DNA of 64,000 bases from Candidatus Eiseniibacteriota bacterium (lineage in GTDB: Bacteria; Eisenbacteria; RBG-16-71-46): NCBI GenBank assembly GCA_044223005.1, contig JBGAML010000003.1:64001-128000 (forward strand). The letters run 5' to 3'. The notes below the pieces were generated by a model. The model was not told the DNA's origin and did not search any database. It saw only the letters and a program-made list of their open reading frames with translations. The translations under genes were made by a program, and so were the position numbers. This document shows, piece by piece, positions 52,335-61,717 of the stretch. Each line of letters begins with the position of its first letter. Within the stretch, counting starts at the first letter, position 1.

Positions 52335-52498
52335 GTGGTACGAGTTCTCGTGCGTGGAAGCCGTTGCCCGGCGCAGGTCGCTCTGATACCGTTTCGGGCG
52401 TCGCGAAGTTGTTCGCGGCACCGAGACGCTGCACGGAGGCAAGCGTCCTTGAAGAACACCCCGGGGCACCCAGGGTTGCACGAGCACCTCGCTGTCAC
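52335..52498 (+). ncRNA. 6S RNA-like rod-shaped RNA
   Basis: 5' and 3' ends pair, with a central asymmetric bubble and a terminal stem; GATAAT -10 upstream and a terminator downstream. Confidence 0.55.
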
Positions 52499-52509
52499 AG
52501 GCCCGGATT

Positions 52510-52570
52510 CACAGAAGCTCCCGACCCGGCCCGTCGCACAGGGCCGAGACGTTCGGGAGTTTTGTGTTTT
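52510..52570 (+). terminator. Intrinsic terminator
   Basis: CACAGAAGCTCCCGA...TCGGGAGTTTTGTG stem followed by TTTT. Confidence 0.65.
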
Positions 52571-52590
52571 CGGGGCAGGAGAGGATCCCA

Positions 52591-53721
52591 GTGACCGTTC
52601 GTAAGCTGTCCATCGAGCATCTCGATCCGATTTCACTGCTCGGCCACAACGACTCCAACATCCGCCAGATCGAAGGCGCGCTGCCGGTGCGTATCACGCT
52701 GCGCGACGGAACGCTGACGGTGGCGGGAGACGACGTGGACGTGCACCCGGCCGCGGCGACGCTCGAGGAACTCATCGAGCTCGTCGAGCGAGGAAGAGTC
52801 ATCGAGGAGGCGGATGTGGCAACGGCCCTCGGGCAGATCCGGCGTGGTGACGACGGCGATCATGGTTCGCACGGCAACGGGAACGGCAACGGCCGCGCGC
52901 GGCTGGTGGAGGCCTACGACGGCGCCCCCGGCTACACGTTCGATCGCAAGGCCGTGCGGCCGCGCACGCCCACCCAGGCGCTGTACTTGAAGGCGCTCGA
53001 GCAGCACGACGTCGTGTTCGGCATCGGGCCGGCCGGCACCGGCAAGACGTACCTCGCCGTGGCCGCAGCCGTGGCGGCGCTGCGCTCCAAGCGCGTCGAC
53101 CGCATCATCCTGGTGCGCCCCGCGGTCGAGGCGGGCGAGAGCCTGGGCTTCCTGCCCGGCGACATGCAGGAGAAGGTCGATCCGTACCTGCGCCCCATGT
53201 ACGACGCGCTCGCGGACCTGATGTCCTACGACAAGATGCGCCGCTTCCTCGAGATGGGCGTGATCGAGATCGCGCCGCTGGCCTTCATGCGCGGCCGCAC
53301 GCTGCACAACGCGTTCGTGATCCTCGACGAGGCCCAGAACACGACCGTGCGGCAGATGAAGATGTTCCTCACCCGGCTCGGCGTGAACTCGCGCGCCGTG
53401 ATCACCGGCGACCTGACCCAGATCGACCTGCGCTCGCCGGACCAGTCGGGGCTCGTGAAGATCCAGGCGATCCTCGGGACGGTGCCCGGGATCCAGTTCG
53501 TCTACTTCCATCCCGAGGACGTGGTGCGCCACAAGCTGGTGCGCGAGATCATCCACGCCTTCGACACCTGGCACGCGCGCCGCGAGGGCACCGAGGACGA
53601 TGGCGTCGGATCGTCGCTGGATCCGCGCACCGCGTCGGAAGGTGTTGCTCCGCATGAGGTTGCCGGGCCAGATGCGGCTGGGAACGGCGCCCCGGGTGAC
53701 GCGACAGGGCCTGCCGCGTAG
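52591..53721 (+). CDS. phoH: PhoH family protein
   Basis: GPAGTGKT, RPAVEAGESLGFLPGD, PLAFMRGRTL, DEAQN; GTG start with RBS. Confidence 0.93.
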   Translation: MTVRKLSIEHLDPISLLGHNDSNIRQIEGALPVRITLRDGTLTVAGDDVDVHPAAATLEELIELVERGRVIEEADVATALGQIRRGDDGDHGSHGNGNGNGRARLVEAYDGAPGYTFDRKAVRPRTPTQALYLKALEQHDVVFGIGPAGTGKTYLAVAAAVAALRSKRVDRIILVRPAVEAGESLGFLPGDMQEKVDPYLRPMYDALADLMSYDKMRRFLEMGVIEIAPLAFMRGRTLHNAFVILDEAQNTTVRQMKMFLTRLGVNSRAVITGDLTQIDLRSPDQSGLVKIQAILGTVPGIQFVYFHPEDVVRHKLVREIIHAFDTWHARREGTEDDGVGSSLDPRTASEGVAPHEVAGPDAAGNGAPGDATGPAA

Positions 53722-53811
53722 ACTGCGGCTGGCCCGTCATCCCACCGGAGAGCCTGCCTGAGTACACCCGATCTTCCCGCCGTCCCCGCCCTGCCGGACC
53801 GTGTCCGGCCG

Positions 53812-55983
53812 GTGCGCTGGGGCTATTACGCCGCCCGCATCGGGCTGGCGGTGCTGCTGCTCGCCGCCGCCGCCGCGGTGCCGACCGGGCACGGCCCCTG
53901 GGACCGCCTCCGCCTGCGTGAGGGCGAGATCGCCCGCGAACGCGTGGTGGCGCCCTTCGACTTCCGCGTCCAGAAGGACGACGCGACGCTGCGGCGCGAA
54001 CAGGAAGAGGCCTCGCTCGCGGTGCCGCCGGTGTTCGTGGTCGACGCCCGCGCCCAGGCCGAGCTGCTCTCGCGCTGGTCGAGCTTCGAGGACCGCGCGC
54101 TGGCGGTGGTCTCGGACACGCGCGTCAGCCCCACCGAGCGGGCCGACAAGCTCAAGCTGCTCGGCGTCCCGCTCGACGATGCGGCCGCCGACGCGCTCGC
54201 CTCGCCCGGACGCGCCCGCCGCGCGCTCGGCGCGATGGGCGGCTGGATCGCCGAAGTCGCGCAGGGCGGGATCGCCGCCGAGAAGAAGGGCGGCTTCATG
54301 CTCGGCTACCGCGCCGTCGCGCTGCGCGAGGGCGAAACGGAAGCGCCGGCGAGCGCGATCCGCTTCTTCGAGAAGCGCGAGGCGCTGGACCGCATCACCG
54401 AGCGCGCCACCGCCGCGTTCCCGACCGACGCGCACACCGTGCACCTCGTGCAGCAGCTGGCGCAGCCCTTCCTGCAGCCCACCGTGCTCTACGACCGGGC
54501 CGAGACCGAGTGGCGCCGCGTGCAGGCGCAGGGCGCGGTCTCGGGCGTGGTCGGCACGGTCAAGAAGGACGAGCTGATCGTCGACGCCAACGAGCGCGTC
54601 TCGCGCGAAGCGGTGCTCAAGCTGCATTCGCTGCGCAACCTCGAACTGGCGCGCAGCACGCAGAGTGAGTTCCTGTACCCACCGGTCGCGCGCATGCTGC
54701 TGATGCTGCTCTTCATCGCGGCGTTCGTGACCTACCTGCGCATGGAGCTGCCGGACGTCTATCGCGACAACGGCATGCTGGCCATGTTCACGCTGCTCAC
54801 GCTGGGCGTGATGGGCGCCGCCGTGGCGCTGGTCCCGACGGCGGGCCTGTCCGAGTTCACGGTCCCGATCGCACTGGCGCCACTGGTCGTGGCCTCGCTG
54901 CTCGAGAAACGGCCCGCGCTCGTGTTCACGCTCATGCTGTCGATCCTGGTCACCGCGGTGCTCGAGATGCGGGCGCCGTTCGTGCCGGTCGCCATGATGG
55001 GCGGCGTCACCGCCGTCTACTCGGTGTCGCGCCTGCGCCATCGCTGGCACTTCGTGCGCGCCTTCTTCGCGATCATGCTGGCCAACCTGGCCGCGATTCT
55101 CGCGTGGGACCTGGCGCGGAGCATGCCGGCCTCGGCGCTGCTGCGCGACGGGCTCTGGGGCGCGCTCAACGCGTTCCTCGCGACCACGCTGGCGTTCGGG
55201 CTGCTGCCGCTCGTCGAGTCGCTCTTCCGGCTCACCAGCGACATGACACTGCTCGAGCTCTCGGACCTGAACCGGCCGCTGCTGCGGCGCATGCAGCTCG
55301 AGGCACCGGGCACCTATCACCACAGCATGGTCGTGGGCTCGCTGGCCGAGGCCGCCGCCGAGGCGATCGACGCCAACTCGCTGCTCGCGCGCGTGTCGGC
55401 CTACTACCACGACATCGGCAAGCTCTCGAAGCCCGAGTACTACGCCGAGAACGAGCCCGCGTCATCGCGTTCGCGCCACGAGAAGCTCACGCCCTCGATG
55501 AGTGCGCTGGTCGTGAAGTCGCACATCTCCGAAGGCCTCGAGCTCGCGCGCAAGCAGCGCCTGCCGCGCGCCGTGCGCAACGCGATCCCCGAGCACCACG
55601 GCACGATGGTGATGGCGTTCTTCTACCACAAGGCGCTCGAAGCCGATTCCGGCGCGCGCCGCGAGGACTACAGCTATCCCGGTCCGCGGCCGCGCTCGCG
55701 CGAGACGGCGATCCTCATGCTCGCCGACGGCGTCGAGGGCGCCTCGCGCGCGCTGGCCGAGCCCACGCCGAGCCGCATCCGCGGGCTCGTGCAGCGGATC
55801 ATCGACGAACGCGTGCGCGACGGGCAGCTCGACGACTGCGGCCTCACGCTGCAGGAACTGGCGCGCGTGCGCGAGGCGTTCATCCCCGTGCTGACCGCGA
55901 TCTTCCACGTGCGCGCCCCGTACCCGGAGGCGCCCAAGAAGCCGGGAGCGAAGCAGGATGCCGATCTCCGTCGCGGGGACTGA
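53812..55983 (+). CDS. 7TM-HD phosphohydrolase (PgpH-like)
   Basis: Extracytoplasmic domain plus 7 TM; APGTYHHS, YYHDIGK, HHGT, YPGPRP, MLADGVE; start may be upstream at CTG 53758. Confidence 0.92.
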   Translation: MRWGYYAARIGLAVLLLAAAAAVPTGHGPWDRLRLREGEIARERVVAPFDFRVQKDDATLRREQEEASLAVPPVFVVDARAQAELLSRWSSFEDRALAVVSDTRVSPTERADKLKLLGVPLDDAAADALASPGRARRALGAMGGWIAEVAQGGIAAEKKGGFMLGYRAVALREGETEAPASAIRFFEKREALDRITERATAAFPTDAHTVHLVQQLAQPFLQPTVLYDRAETEWRRVQAQGAVSGVVGTVKKDELIVDANERVSREAVLKLHSLRNLELARSTQSEFLYPPVARMLLMLLFIAAFVTYLRMELPDVYRDNGMLAMFTLLTLGVMGAAVALVPTAGLSEFTVPIALAPLVVASLLEKRPALVFTLMLSILVTAVLEMRAPFVPVAMMGGVTAVYSVSRLRHRWHFVRAFFAIMLANLAAILAWDLARSMPASALLRDGLWGALNAFLATTLAFGLLPLVESLFRLTSDMTLLELSDLNRPLLRRMQLEAPGTYHHSMVVGSLAEAAAEAIDANSLLARVSAYYHDIGKLSKPEYYAENEPASSRSRHEKLTPSMSALVVKSHISEGLELARKQRLPRAVRNAIPEHHGTMVMAFFYHKALEADSGARREDYSYPGPRPRSRETAILMLADGVEGASRALAEPTPSRIRGLVQRIIDERVRDGQLDDCGLTLQELARVREAFIPVLTAIFHVRAPYPEAPKKPGAKQDADLRRGD

Positions 55984-56434
55984 CGCGCGCCTCGCGGCGC
56001 CGCTGCGCGCGCTGGTCGCGCTCGCGCTGAAGCGCGAGAAGCGCCGCGCGGGCGAGATCGGGATCACGCTCACCGACGACCGCGAACTGCGCGAGCTCAA
56101 CCGCCGCTGGCGGAGGATCGACCGCGCCACGGACGTGATCAGCTTCGCGTACGACGAGGACGAGCCCGACGCGACGGCGCTGCCGGTGACGGGCGATCTC
56201 GTGATCTCGATGGACCGGGTGGCCGCGCAGGCGAAGCGCTACCGCGTGACGCCCGGCGCGGAGCTGGCGCGGCTCGTGATCCACGGCGCACTCCACCTGG
56301 CCGGCCACGACCACGTGCGCCCCGGCGAGCGCACGCTCATGCGCGAACGCGAGAACGCGACGCTGAAGGCCGCCGCGGCGATCGTCCGCCGGCTGGATAC
56401 GGCGCTGGCGCCGAAGGGCAAGGCGAAGCGTTAG
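55958..56434 (+). CDS. ybeY: rRNA maturation endoribonuclease YbeY
   Basis: LNRRWR...TDVISF...GDLVIS...HGALHLAGHDH. Confidence 0.95.
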   Translation: MPISVAGTDARLAAPLRALVALALKREKRRAGEIGITLTDDRELRELNRRWRRIDRATDVISFAYDEDEPDATALPVTGDLVISMDRVAAQAKRYRVTPGAELARLVIHGALHLAGHDHVRPGERTLMRERENATLKAAAAIVRRLDTALAPKGKAKR

Positions 56435-56477
56435 ACTCCGCGCGGGTCCCCCGGCTCGCGAAGTCCCGGAGTCCGCC

Positions 56478-57416
56478 ATGAAACGCATCGCCGCCTTGCT
56501 GGGGATCGCCCTGTCGCTCGCACCGCCGTTCGTGCGCGCCGCCGACGTCGTGCGCGCGCCGGCCTCGGCCGCCGCCGGAGCCGTGCGCCCCGTCACCGCG
56601 CTGGATCGCGCGACCCTGCGGGAGGTGCTGGGCGGACTTGGCGCCGTGCGGGTCGCACGCATCGGGCCCACCAATCTCGCCGGCGCGACGGTCCCGGCCG
56701 TCGACAGCCTGGCGGTGCACGGGGTGACCGATCGCGCGTGGCTCGCGCGCTGGACCGCCGCCCTCACCGCGGACGACGTGGTCCTGGCCGGTGGCCCGTG
56801 TCCGCTCGTGGCCGCAGGCGATTCCCTGCCTCCGGCGCGGGTCGAGTTCCGTTGGGCCGACTCCACGACGCACGGCTACGTGCGCGCCGATCTCGGCACC
56901 GGGCTCGCCTCCGCGTGGATGAGCGGAAAGGTCGCGGACTGCCTCACGCTGGGAACGCACGCGCGCGAACTGCTCGCGCTCGTTCGCGAGGTCCTGCCGC
57001 GCGACCAGGCCGCGGCGCCGCCGATGTCCGCGTTCGCGAGAGGCGCGCCCGGCTCGCTCGATTCGCTCGTTCCGCCGCCGGGGTCTTCACCTCGTGCGCC
57101 CAAGCCGCCGTCGCCGCCCGAAGCGCTCCCGAAACTCGGCGAGTACGTCTACGTGGACGAACTGCCGCTGGCGATCACCAAGGTGGCCCCGGTCTATCCT
57201 GCGTCAGCGCGCGAAGCCGGTATCGCTGGGCAGGTGATGGTGGAGGCGCTCGTGATGCGCGACGGCTCGGTCGGCGACGTTTTCGTCGTGAAGAGCATCC
57301 CCGAACTCGACGCTGCTGCGGTCGAAGCCGTCCGCCAGTGGCGATTCCAGCCGGCGAAAGCCCATAGTGTCACCGTCGCGGTCTGGGTGGCGGTGCCACT
57401 CAAGTTCGGGCCGTGA
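56478..57416 (+). CDS. TonB C-terminal domain protein, paralogue 1
   Basis: Signal peptide; PVYP...GQVMVEALV...LDAAAVEAVRQWRFQPA. Confidence 0.88.
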   Translation: MKRIAALLGIALSLAPPFVRAADVVRAPASAAAGAVRPVTALDRATLREVLGGLGAVRVARIGPTNLAGATVPAVDSLAVHGVTDRAWLARWTAALTADDVVLAGGPCPLVAAGDSLPPARVEFRWADSTTHGYVRADLGTGLASAWMSGKVADCLTLGTHARELLALVREVLPRDQAAAPPMSAFARGAPGSLDSLVPPPGSSPRAPKPPSPPEALPKLGEYVYVDELPLAITKVAPVYPASAREAGIAGQVMVEALVMRDGSVGDVFVVKSIPELDAAAVEAVRQWRFQPAKAHSVTVAVWVAVPLKFGP

Positions 57417-58285
57417 AGCCGTACGCATTCTTCTTGGTCGCGGCTCTCGCGGGGTGGGCGGTCTCCGTCCATGCGAGCCATGCCACGGACGCCTTCCGCA
57501 TACCGTCGGCGAGCCTTCTGCGCGAGCGCATGCGGGAGGCGACGGAGATTCGTGTCAGCGCGTCTTGGGGTGCCTCCTGGCGCCGCGACACGGTCATCGC
57601 TCGCGGCCAGTGGACCGAGCAGATGGTTCGTGCACTGCTGGCCACGGGCGAGGTTGCGTGGAGCCTCGATGACTCGTGGGAAGGCACGCAGAGCGACGGG
57701 CGCGCCGGATGGGAGCGTGCACCCGACGTCGAGATGACATGGCGGGATTCGTACGGGTCCGGCCGCGTCCGCATTGACCTGCGATGGGATCGGGAGCAGT
57801 TCGAGACGAGTGGGTTCGTCGCGGTCCGCAAGCCCATCGGTGAGCGCTGGGGGGACCTGCTCGTCCTCGCGGCCCGCGCCTTTCCCCGTGACTCCACGCG
57901 GTTCCACGGCTGGCCCGCTCCAAGGCCCGGCGTGCAGCGGGCGCTCCACTGGCGCGTCACCGGAACGCTCCCTGAGGGAGTCCCTGGCTTCACCCTCGGA
58001 CCGACCGACCGCGAGCCGGACGACCTTCCCGTCCTCAGCGAGTCCGACCTGCCCTTCGGCTGCTCCGTGTACACCGGCGGTGACCCGGAGCGGCTGGGGA
58101 TCGTGGAGGCGCTGGTCGACCCGTGGGGTGGCGTCGCCGCGATGCGCGTGGTGAAGAGCAGCGCATCGTTCGATGCGCGGGCCATGGGAGTCGTCGGCCG
58201 CTGGCGATTCATCCCCGCCGTGCAGGAGGGGTGGCCGGCTTCGGTATGGGTGCGCGTCGGCCTCGAGTTCGACGCACCCGAGTGA
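57413..58285 (+). CDS. TonB C-terminal domain protein, paralogue 2 (divergent)
   Basis: GTGA overlap; signal peptide; VEALVD...VVKSS...FDARAM...WRFIPA; lacks the YP motif. Confidence 0.75.
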   Translation: MKPYAFFLVAALAGWAVSVHASHATDAFRIPSASLLRERMREATEIRVSASWGASWRRDTVIARGQWTEQMVRALLATGEVAWSLDDSWEGTQSDGRAGWERAPDVEMTWRDSYGSGRVRIDLRWDREQFETSGFVAVRKPIGERWGDLLVLAARAFPRDSTRFHGWPAPRPGVQRALHWRVTGTLPEGVPGFTLGPTDREPDDLPVLSESDLPFGCSVYTGGDPERLGIVEALVDPWGGVAAMRVVKSSASFDARAMGVVGRWRFIPAVQEGWPASVWVRVGLEFDAPE

Positions 58286-58372
58286 CGCTCGCGTCGATCT
58301 CGGGTCGTGCCCCGCGCCCCGCGCGGGTGTAGCCTTCCGGAAGTCCCCCGAGACCGGAATCCAGGAGGCTGC

Positions 58373-59242
58373 ATGGGTCGCACCTTTCGTCTCGCCGCGG
58401 GGCTCCTGCTCGCGGGCGCGCTGATGCCCGTCCCGATCGCCCGCGCGACCGCCCCGCCGATCGACATCCCGACGTTCCGCGACTCGTTCCTCGGTGCCGA
58501 CTCGGTCGTCGTCACGCGCGTCGGGGACATCGGCTTGGATGGTTGGTCGAAGCCGGTCCCGCTCGGCGCGGTCGGGCCGAGGCTGTCGCTCGCGCCGGGA
58601 GCGCGTGTCCACTGGAGCGTGCGGCTCGCGCGCATCCTCGCGCCCGAGCAGGGCCGCTTCGATGCGCGGACCTGCCCCGGGGCGCCGCTGAACGCTCCGC
58701 CCGCGCCGCGCGTCGACGTGGCATGGGCGCACGGCCTCGCGCGGGGGCACGTGGCCCTCGACTTCGCGAGCGAATGCGCCACGATCCGCATGACGGGGCG
58801 TTCGCCCGTGTCGATCGGCTTCGCCGGTGAGGCCGAAGCGCTGCTCGGACTCTGCTGGGAAGCGCTGCCGGGGGACGGGCCGAAGTCCGAGGTCCCGGTC
58901 GCGGACGGCACCACGACGATCGCTCCGTGGCCGCCGCCGGGCGAGGTTCTGCCGAAGTTCGGCGAGTACGTCTACGTGCAGGAACTGCCCGAGGCCGTGG
59001 CCCGGGTGGCTCCGGCGTATCCGACGGTGGCGCGCGAGAAGGGGATCAGCGGCACCGTGATGGTGCAGGCGCTGGTCGGTTCCGATGGCGGCGTGCACGA
59101 CACGCGGGTCGTGAAGCGGATTCCGCTGCTCGATGCTGCCGCCGAAGCCAGCGTCCGCCAGTGGCGTTTCAAGCCTGCCAGGGCGAACGGCAGGCCGGTC
59201 TCGGTCTGGGTGGCGATCCCGGTCCAGTTCACGCTGCACTGA
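58373..59242 (+). CDS. TonB C-terminal domain protein, paralogue 3
   Basis: AGGAGG RBS; LPKFGEYVYVQELPEA...PAYP...WRFKPA. Confidence 0.88.
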   Translation: MGRTFRLAAGLLLAGALMPVPIARATAPPIDIPTFRDSFLGADSVVVTRVGDIGLDGWSKPVPLGAVGPRLSLAPGARVHWSVRLARILAPEQGRFDARTCPGAPLNAPPAPRVDVAWAHGLARGHVALDFASECATIRMTGRSPVSIGFAGEAEALLGLCWEALPGDGPKSEVPVADGTTTIAPWPPPGEVLPKFGEYVYVQELPEAVARVAPAYPTVAREKGISGTVMVQALVGSDGGVHDTRVVKRIPLLDAAAEASVRQWRFKPARANGRPVSVWVAIPVQFTLH

Positions 59243-59327
59243 CGCGGCAGCGAGGCCACGTGCCCTCCGGAGCGGAACGTTGTAGCGTTGTGGGGCTTTC
59301 GCTCCCATCGTCCGTCCCGGAGGTCGC

Positions 59328-60218
59328 ATGAAGCCGCTCGCGCACGCCGTCCCGCTCGTCCTCGCCGCCCTCGTCGCCGTCGCGCCCCGCGTGTCCGCCC
59401 AGACGGACGTCGCGAAGCCCGGCGCGCCCCCGGTCGCCGCGGACTCGCTGCGGGCCTCGATGCTCGCCAGCGACAGCATCCTCGTGACGCGCGTCGAAGT
59501 GCTCGAGTACCCGGCAGGCGACACCGTGGGTGCGCCGCACAAGTTCGCGAACAAGCGCATGTCCGTGAACCAGGTGAAGCACGCCTGGATGCAGCGGCTC
59601 GCGGCCAACTTCGTGCCCGCGGGCACGGAGACGCGTGGGGAACTCTGCACGCCGCCGCCGACGACCGACCCGAACCACCGCCCGTGGCTGCTCTCGGCGC
59701 TGTGGGTGAACAAGGGTGGCGCTCGCGGCCAGCTCTACGTGAATCTCGCCAGCGGCTGCGGCATGGCCGGGCTCGCCGGCAGCCGGCCGGGCAGCATCGA
59801 CATCACGGCGCACCGTGACTCGCTGCTCGCGCTCTTCCAGCAGGCGCTCTACGCCGACACCGTCCTGGCCCGCGAGACGATGTCCGCGATCCTCGACTCG
59901 GCGAAGGCGCACGCCCCGCACGAGGTGAAGGAGACGATGCCCGAGGCGATCACCAAGGTTTCCCCGACGTACCCCGATTCCGCGCGCAAGGCGAAGATCG
60001 AGGGGACCGTCATGGTGAAGGCGCTCGTCGGCAAGGACGGTGGCGTGATGCGCGTCGAGATCGAGCGGGGCGTGACCGGGCTCGACGCGTCGGCGCTCGC
60101 GGCGGTGAAGCAGTGGAAGTTCAAGCCGGCGACGGCCGACGGCCAGCCGCGTGCGGTGTGGGTGATCGTCCCCGTGATGTTCCGGCTCGCGGCCGACGAA
60201 CCGAAACTCCACCACTAG
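59328..60218 (+). CDS. TonB C-terminal domain protein, paralogue 4
   Basis: GGAGG RBS; signal peptide; PTYPDSARKAKIEGTVMV...WKFKPA. Confidence 0.88.
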   Translation: MKPLAHAVPLVLAALVAVAPRVSAQTDVAKPGAPPVAADSLRASMLASDSILVTRVEVLEYPAGDTVGAPHKFANKRMSVNQVKHAWMQRLAANFVPAGTETRGELCTPPPTTDPNHRPWLLSALWVNKGGARGQLYVNLASGCGMAGLAGSRPGSIDITAHRDSLLALFQQALYADTVLARETMSAILDSAKAHAPHEVKETMPEAITKVSPTYPDSARKAKIEGTVMVKALVGKDGGVMRVEIERGVTGLDASALAAVKQWKFKPATADGQPRAVWVIVPVMFRLAADEPKLHH

Positions 60219-60228
60219 CAGGCGCCCC

Positions 60229-60876
60229 ATGCCGTCGATTTCGGCGCACCGGCCTCCGAGCGTGCTCGAGCGGCTGCGCAACTACCTCGTCACCGGGCTG
60301 CTCGTGCTCGCCCCCACCGCGATCACGATCGTGGTGTTCTGGCGGCTGCTCAACTGGGTCGACAACCTGCTCGGCCGCTACCTGCGGTTCGCGGCGTACG
60401 ACTACCGCCGCATCCCCGGGCTCGGGCTGATCGCGACGCTGCTGCTGCTCGTGATCGTCGGCTTCGTGGCGTCGCTCGTCGGCGCCGGTCCGCTCGCGCG
60501 GCTCTGGGACCGGCTGCTCATGCGCATCCCGGGCGTCGGGCTCGTCTACGGCTCGACCAAGTCGCTGGGAGAGGCGTTCCTCACGCAGCGCGAGGAGCAG
60601 GCGTTCCGGAAGGTCGTGCTGGTGCAGTGGCCGCACCCGGGCATGTGGCGCGTGGGATTCGTGACCGGCCACGTGGACCCGAGCATCAAGGCGCGTCTGG
60701 GCGACGACGTGACCTGCGTGTTCGTGCCGCATACGCCGAACCCGGCGTCCGGGTTCGTGCACTACGTGCCCAAGCGCGAGGTGGTCTACCTCGACTGGAG
60801 CGTCGAGGACGGGCTCAAGATGGTGGTCTCGGGCGGCGTCGTGCAGCCGGGCGCCGCGGCGCCGCCGCACGCCTGA
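60229..60876 (+). CDS. DUF502 family membrane protein
   Basis: NYLVTGLLVLAP, IPGVGLVY, FVPHTPNPASGF, KMVVSGG. Confidence 0.9.
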   Translation: MPSISAHRPPSVLERLRNYLVTGLLVLAPTAITIVVFWRLLNWVDNLLGRYLRFAAYDYRRIPGLGLIATLLLLVIVGFVASLVGAGPLARLWDRLLMRIPGVGLVYGSTKSLGEAFLTQREEQAFRKVVLVQWPHPGMWRVGFVTGHVDPSIKARLGDDVTCVFVPHTPNPASGFVHYVPKREVVYLDWSVEDGLKMVVSGGVVQPGAAAPPHA

Positions 60877-60893
60877 CCGCCTGACCGCCTGAT
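60870..60893. repeat. Short tandem repeat, CGCCTGA(C/T) x3
   Basis: CGCCTGAC CGCCTGAC CGCCTGAT spanning the DUF502 stop codon. Confidence 0.6.
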
Positions 60894-60904
60894 CGCCGGA
60901 GCGC

Positions 60905-61717
60905 TCAGCCCAGCTTCGCCATGCCGCGCCGTGCGGTCGGGGGGCCGTCCCCGAGCGACGTCGCGCCGGTGATCACCGCGGCGGCCGCCGTGCGGTTCTC
61001 GACGCCCAGCTTGCACAGGATGTTCTCGACGTGCTTCTCGACCGTGCGCGGGCGCATGCCGAGGATCGTGGCGATCTCGGGGTTCGTGCGGCCGCGCGCC
61101 AGCCAGAGCGCGACGTCGGCCTCGCGTGGCGTCAGGCCGAAGCCGGGCCGCTCGGCGCTGCCCGAGGACTCCCGCGCGGTGCGCAGCTCGGCGGCGCCGA
61201 GCGCCAGCTGGAAGTGAGGCTGGAGCAGTTCGAGCAGGAGCATGTCGCGCGCCGTGAAGTCGCGACGCTCGAGCGGGCGGGCGAGGTTGATCGACCCCCC
61301 GCGCGAGCCGCGGAACATCCCGATCGCGATGAGCCGCCCGATACCCAGGTGGCGGTAGACGTCGCCCCAGAGCTGGGTCGCGCGCAGCTCGCGCGTCGTC
61401 CAGTAGTCCGAGAGCCGGTAGGGCCCCCAGCGCCCGGTTCGCTGGGACGCGACCGTGAAGGGGTGGGCCGCGAAATGGCGGGTCAGCTTCTGCAGGCGGA
61501 TGCGCGTGATGGGCCTCGGCGCGGCCCAGACCTCGAAGTTCTGCGGCCGGAGGTCGGGGCCCGCGAAGTTCGCCTCCATGAAACTGAAGTGATCCGCGGG
61601 GATCACGCGAAAGAAGATGCCCGGCGCGGCCGCCCGCAGGGCGTCCACGGTTCGCGGGGCGTGAAGATCCAAGCTCGCCTGCTGGAACAGTCGCACATCG
61701 CGCGTCGTCAACGTCAT
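60905..61717 (-). CDS. LuxR-family HTH regulator with N-terminal GAF-like sensor
   Basis: LTPREADVALWLARGRTNPEIATIL...TVEKHVENILCKLGVENR; GGAGGAG RBS. Confidence 0.9.
   Translation of the reverse strand: MTLTTRDVRLFQQASLDLHAPRTVDALRAAAPGIFFRVIPADHFSFMEANFAGPDLRPQNFEVWAAPRPITRIRLQKLTRHFAAHPFTVASQRTGRWGPYRLSDYWTTRELRATQLWGDVYRHLGIGRLIAIGMFRGSRGGSINLARPLERRDFTARDMLLLELLQPHFQLALGAAELRTARESSGSAERPGFGLTPREADVALWLARGRTNPEIATILGMRPRTVEKHVENILCKLGVENRTAAAAVITGATSLGDGPPTARRGMAKLG

Noticed and set aside
57130..59242. Near-identical segments between TonB paralogues as a diversity-generating retroelement TR/VR pair
   Set aside because: No reverse transcriptase in the window, both copies are coding, and the differences are not confined to adenines.
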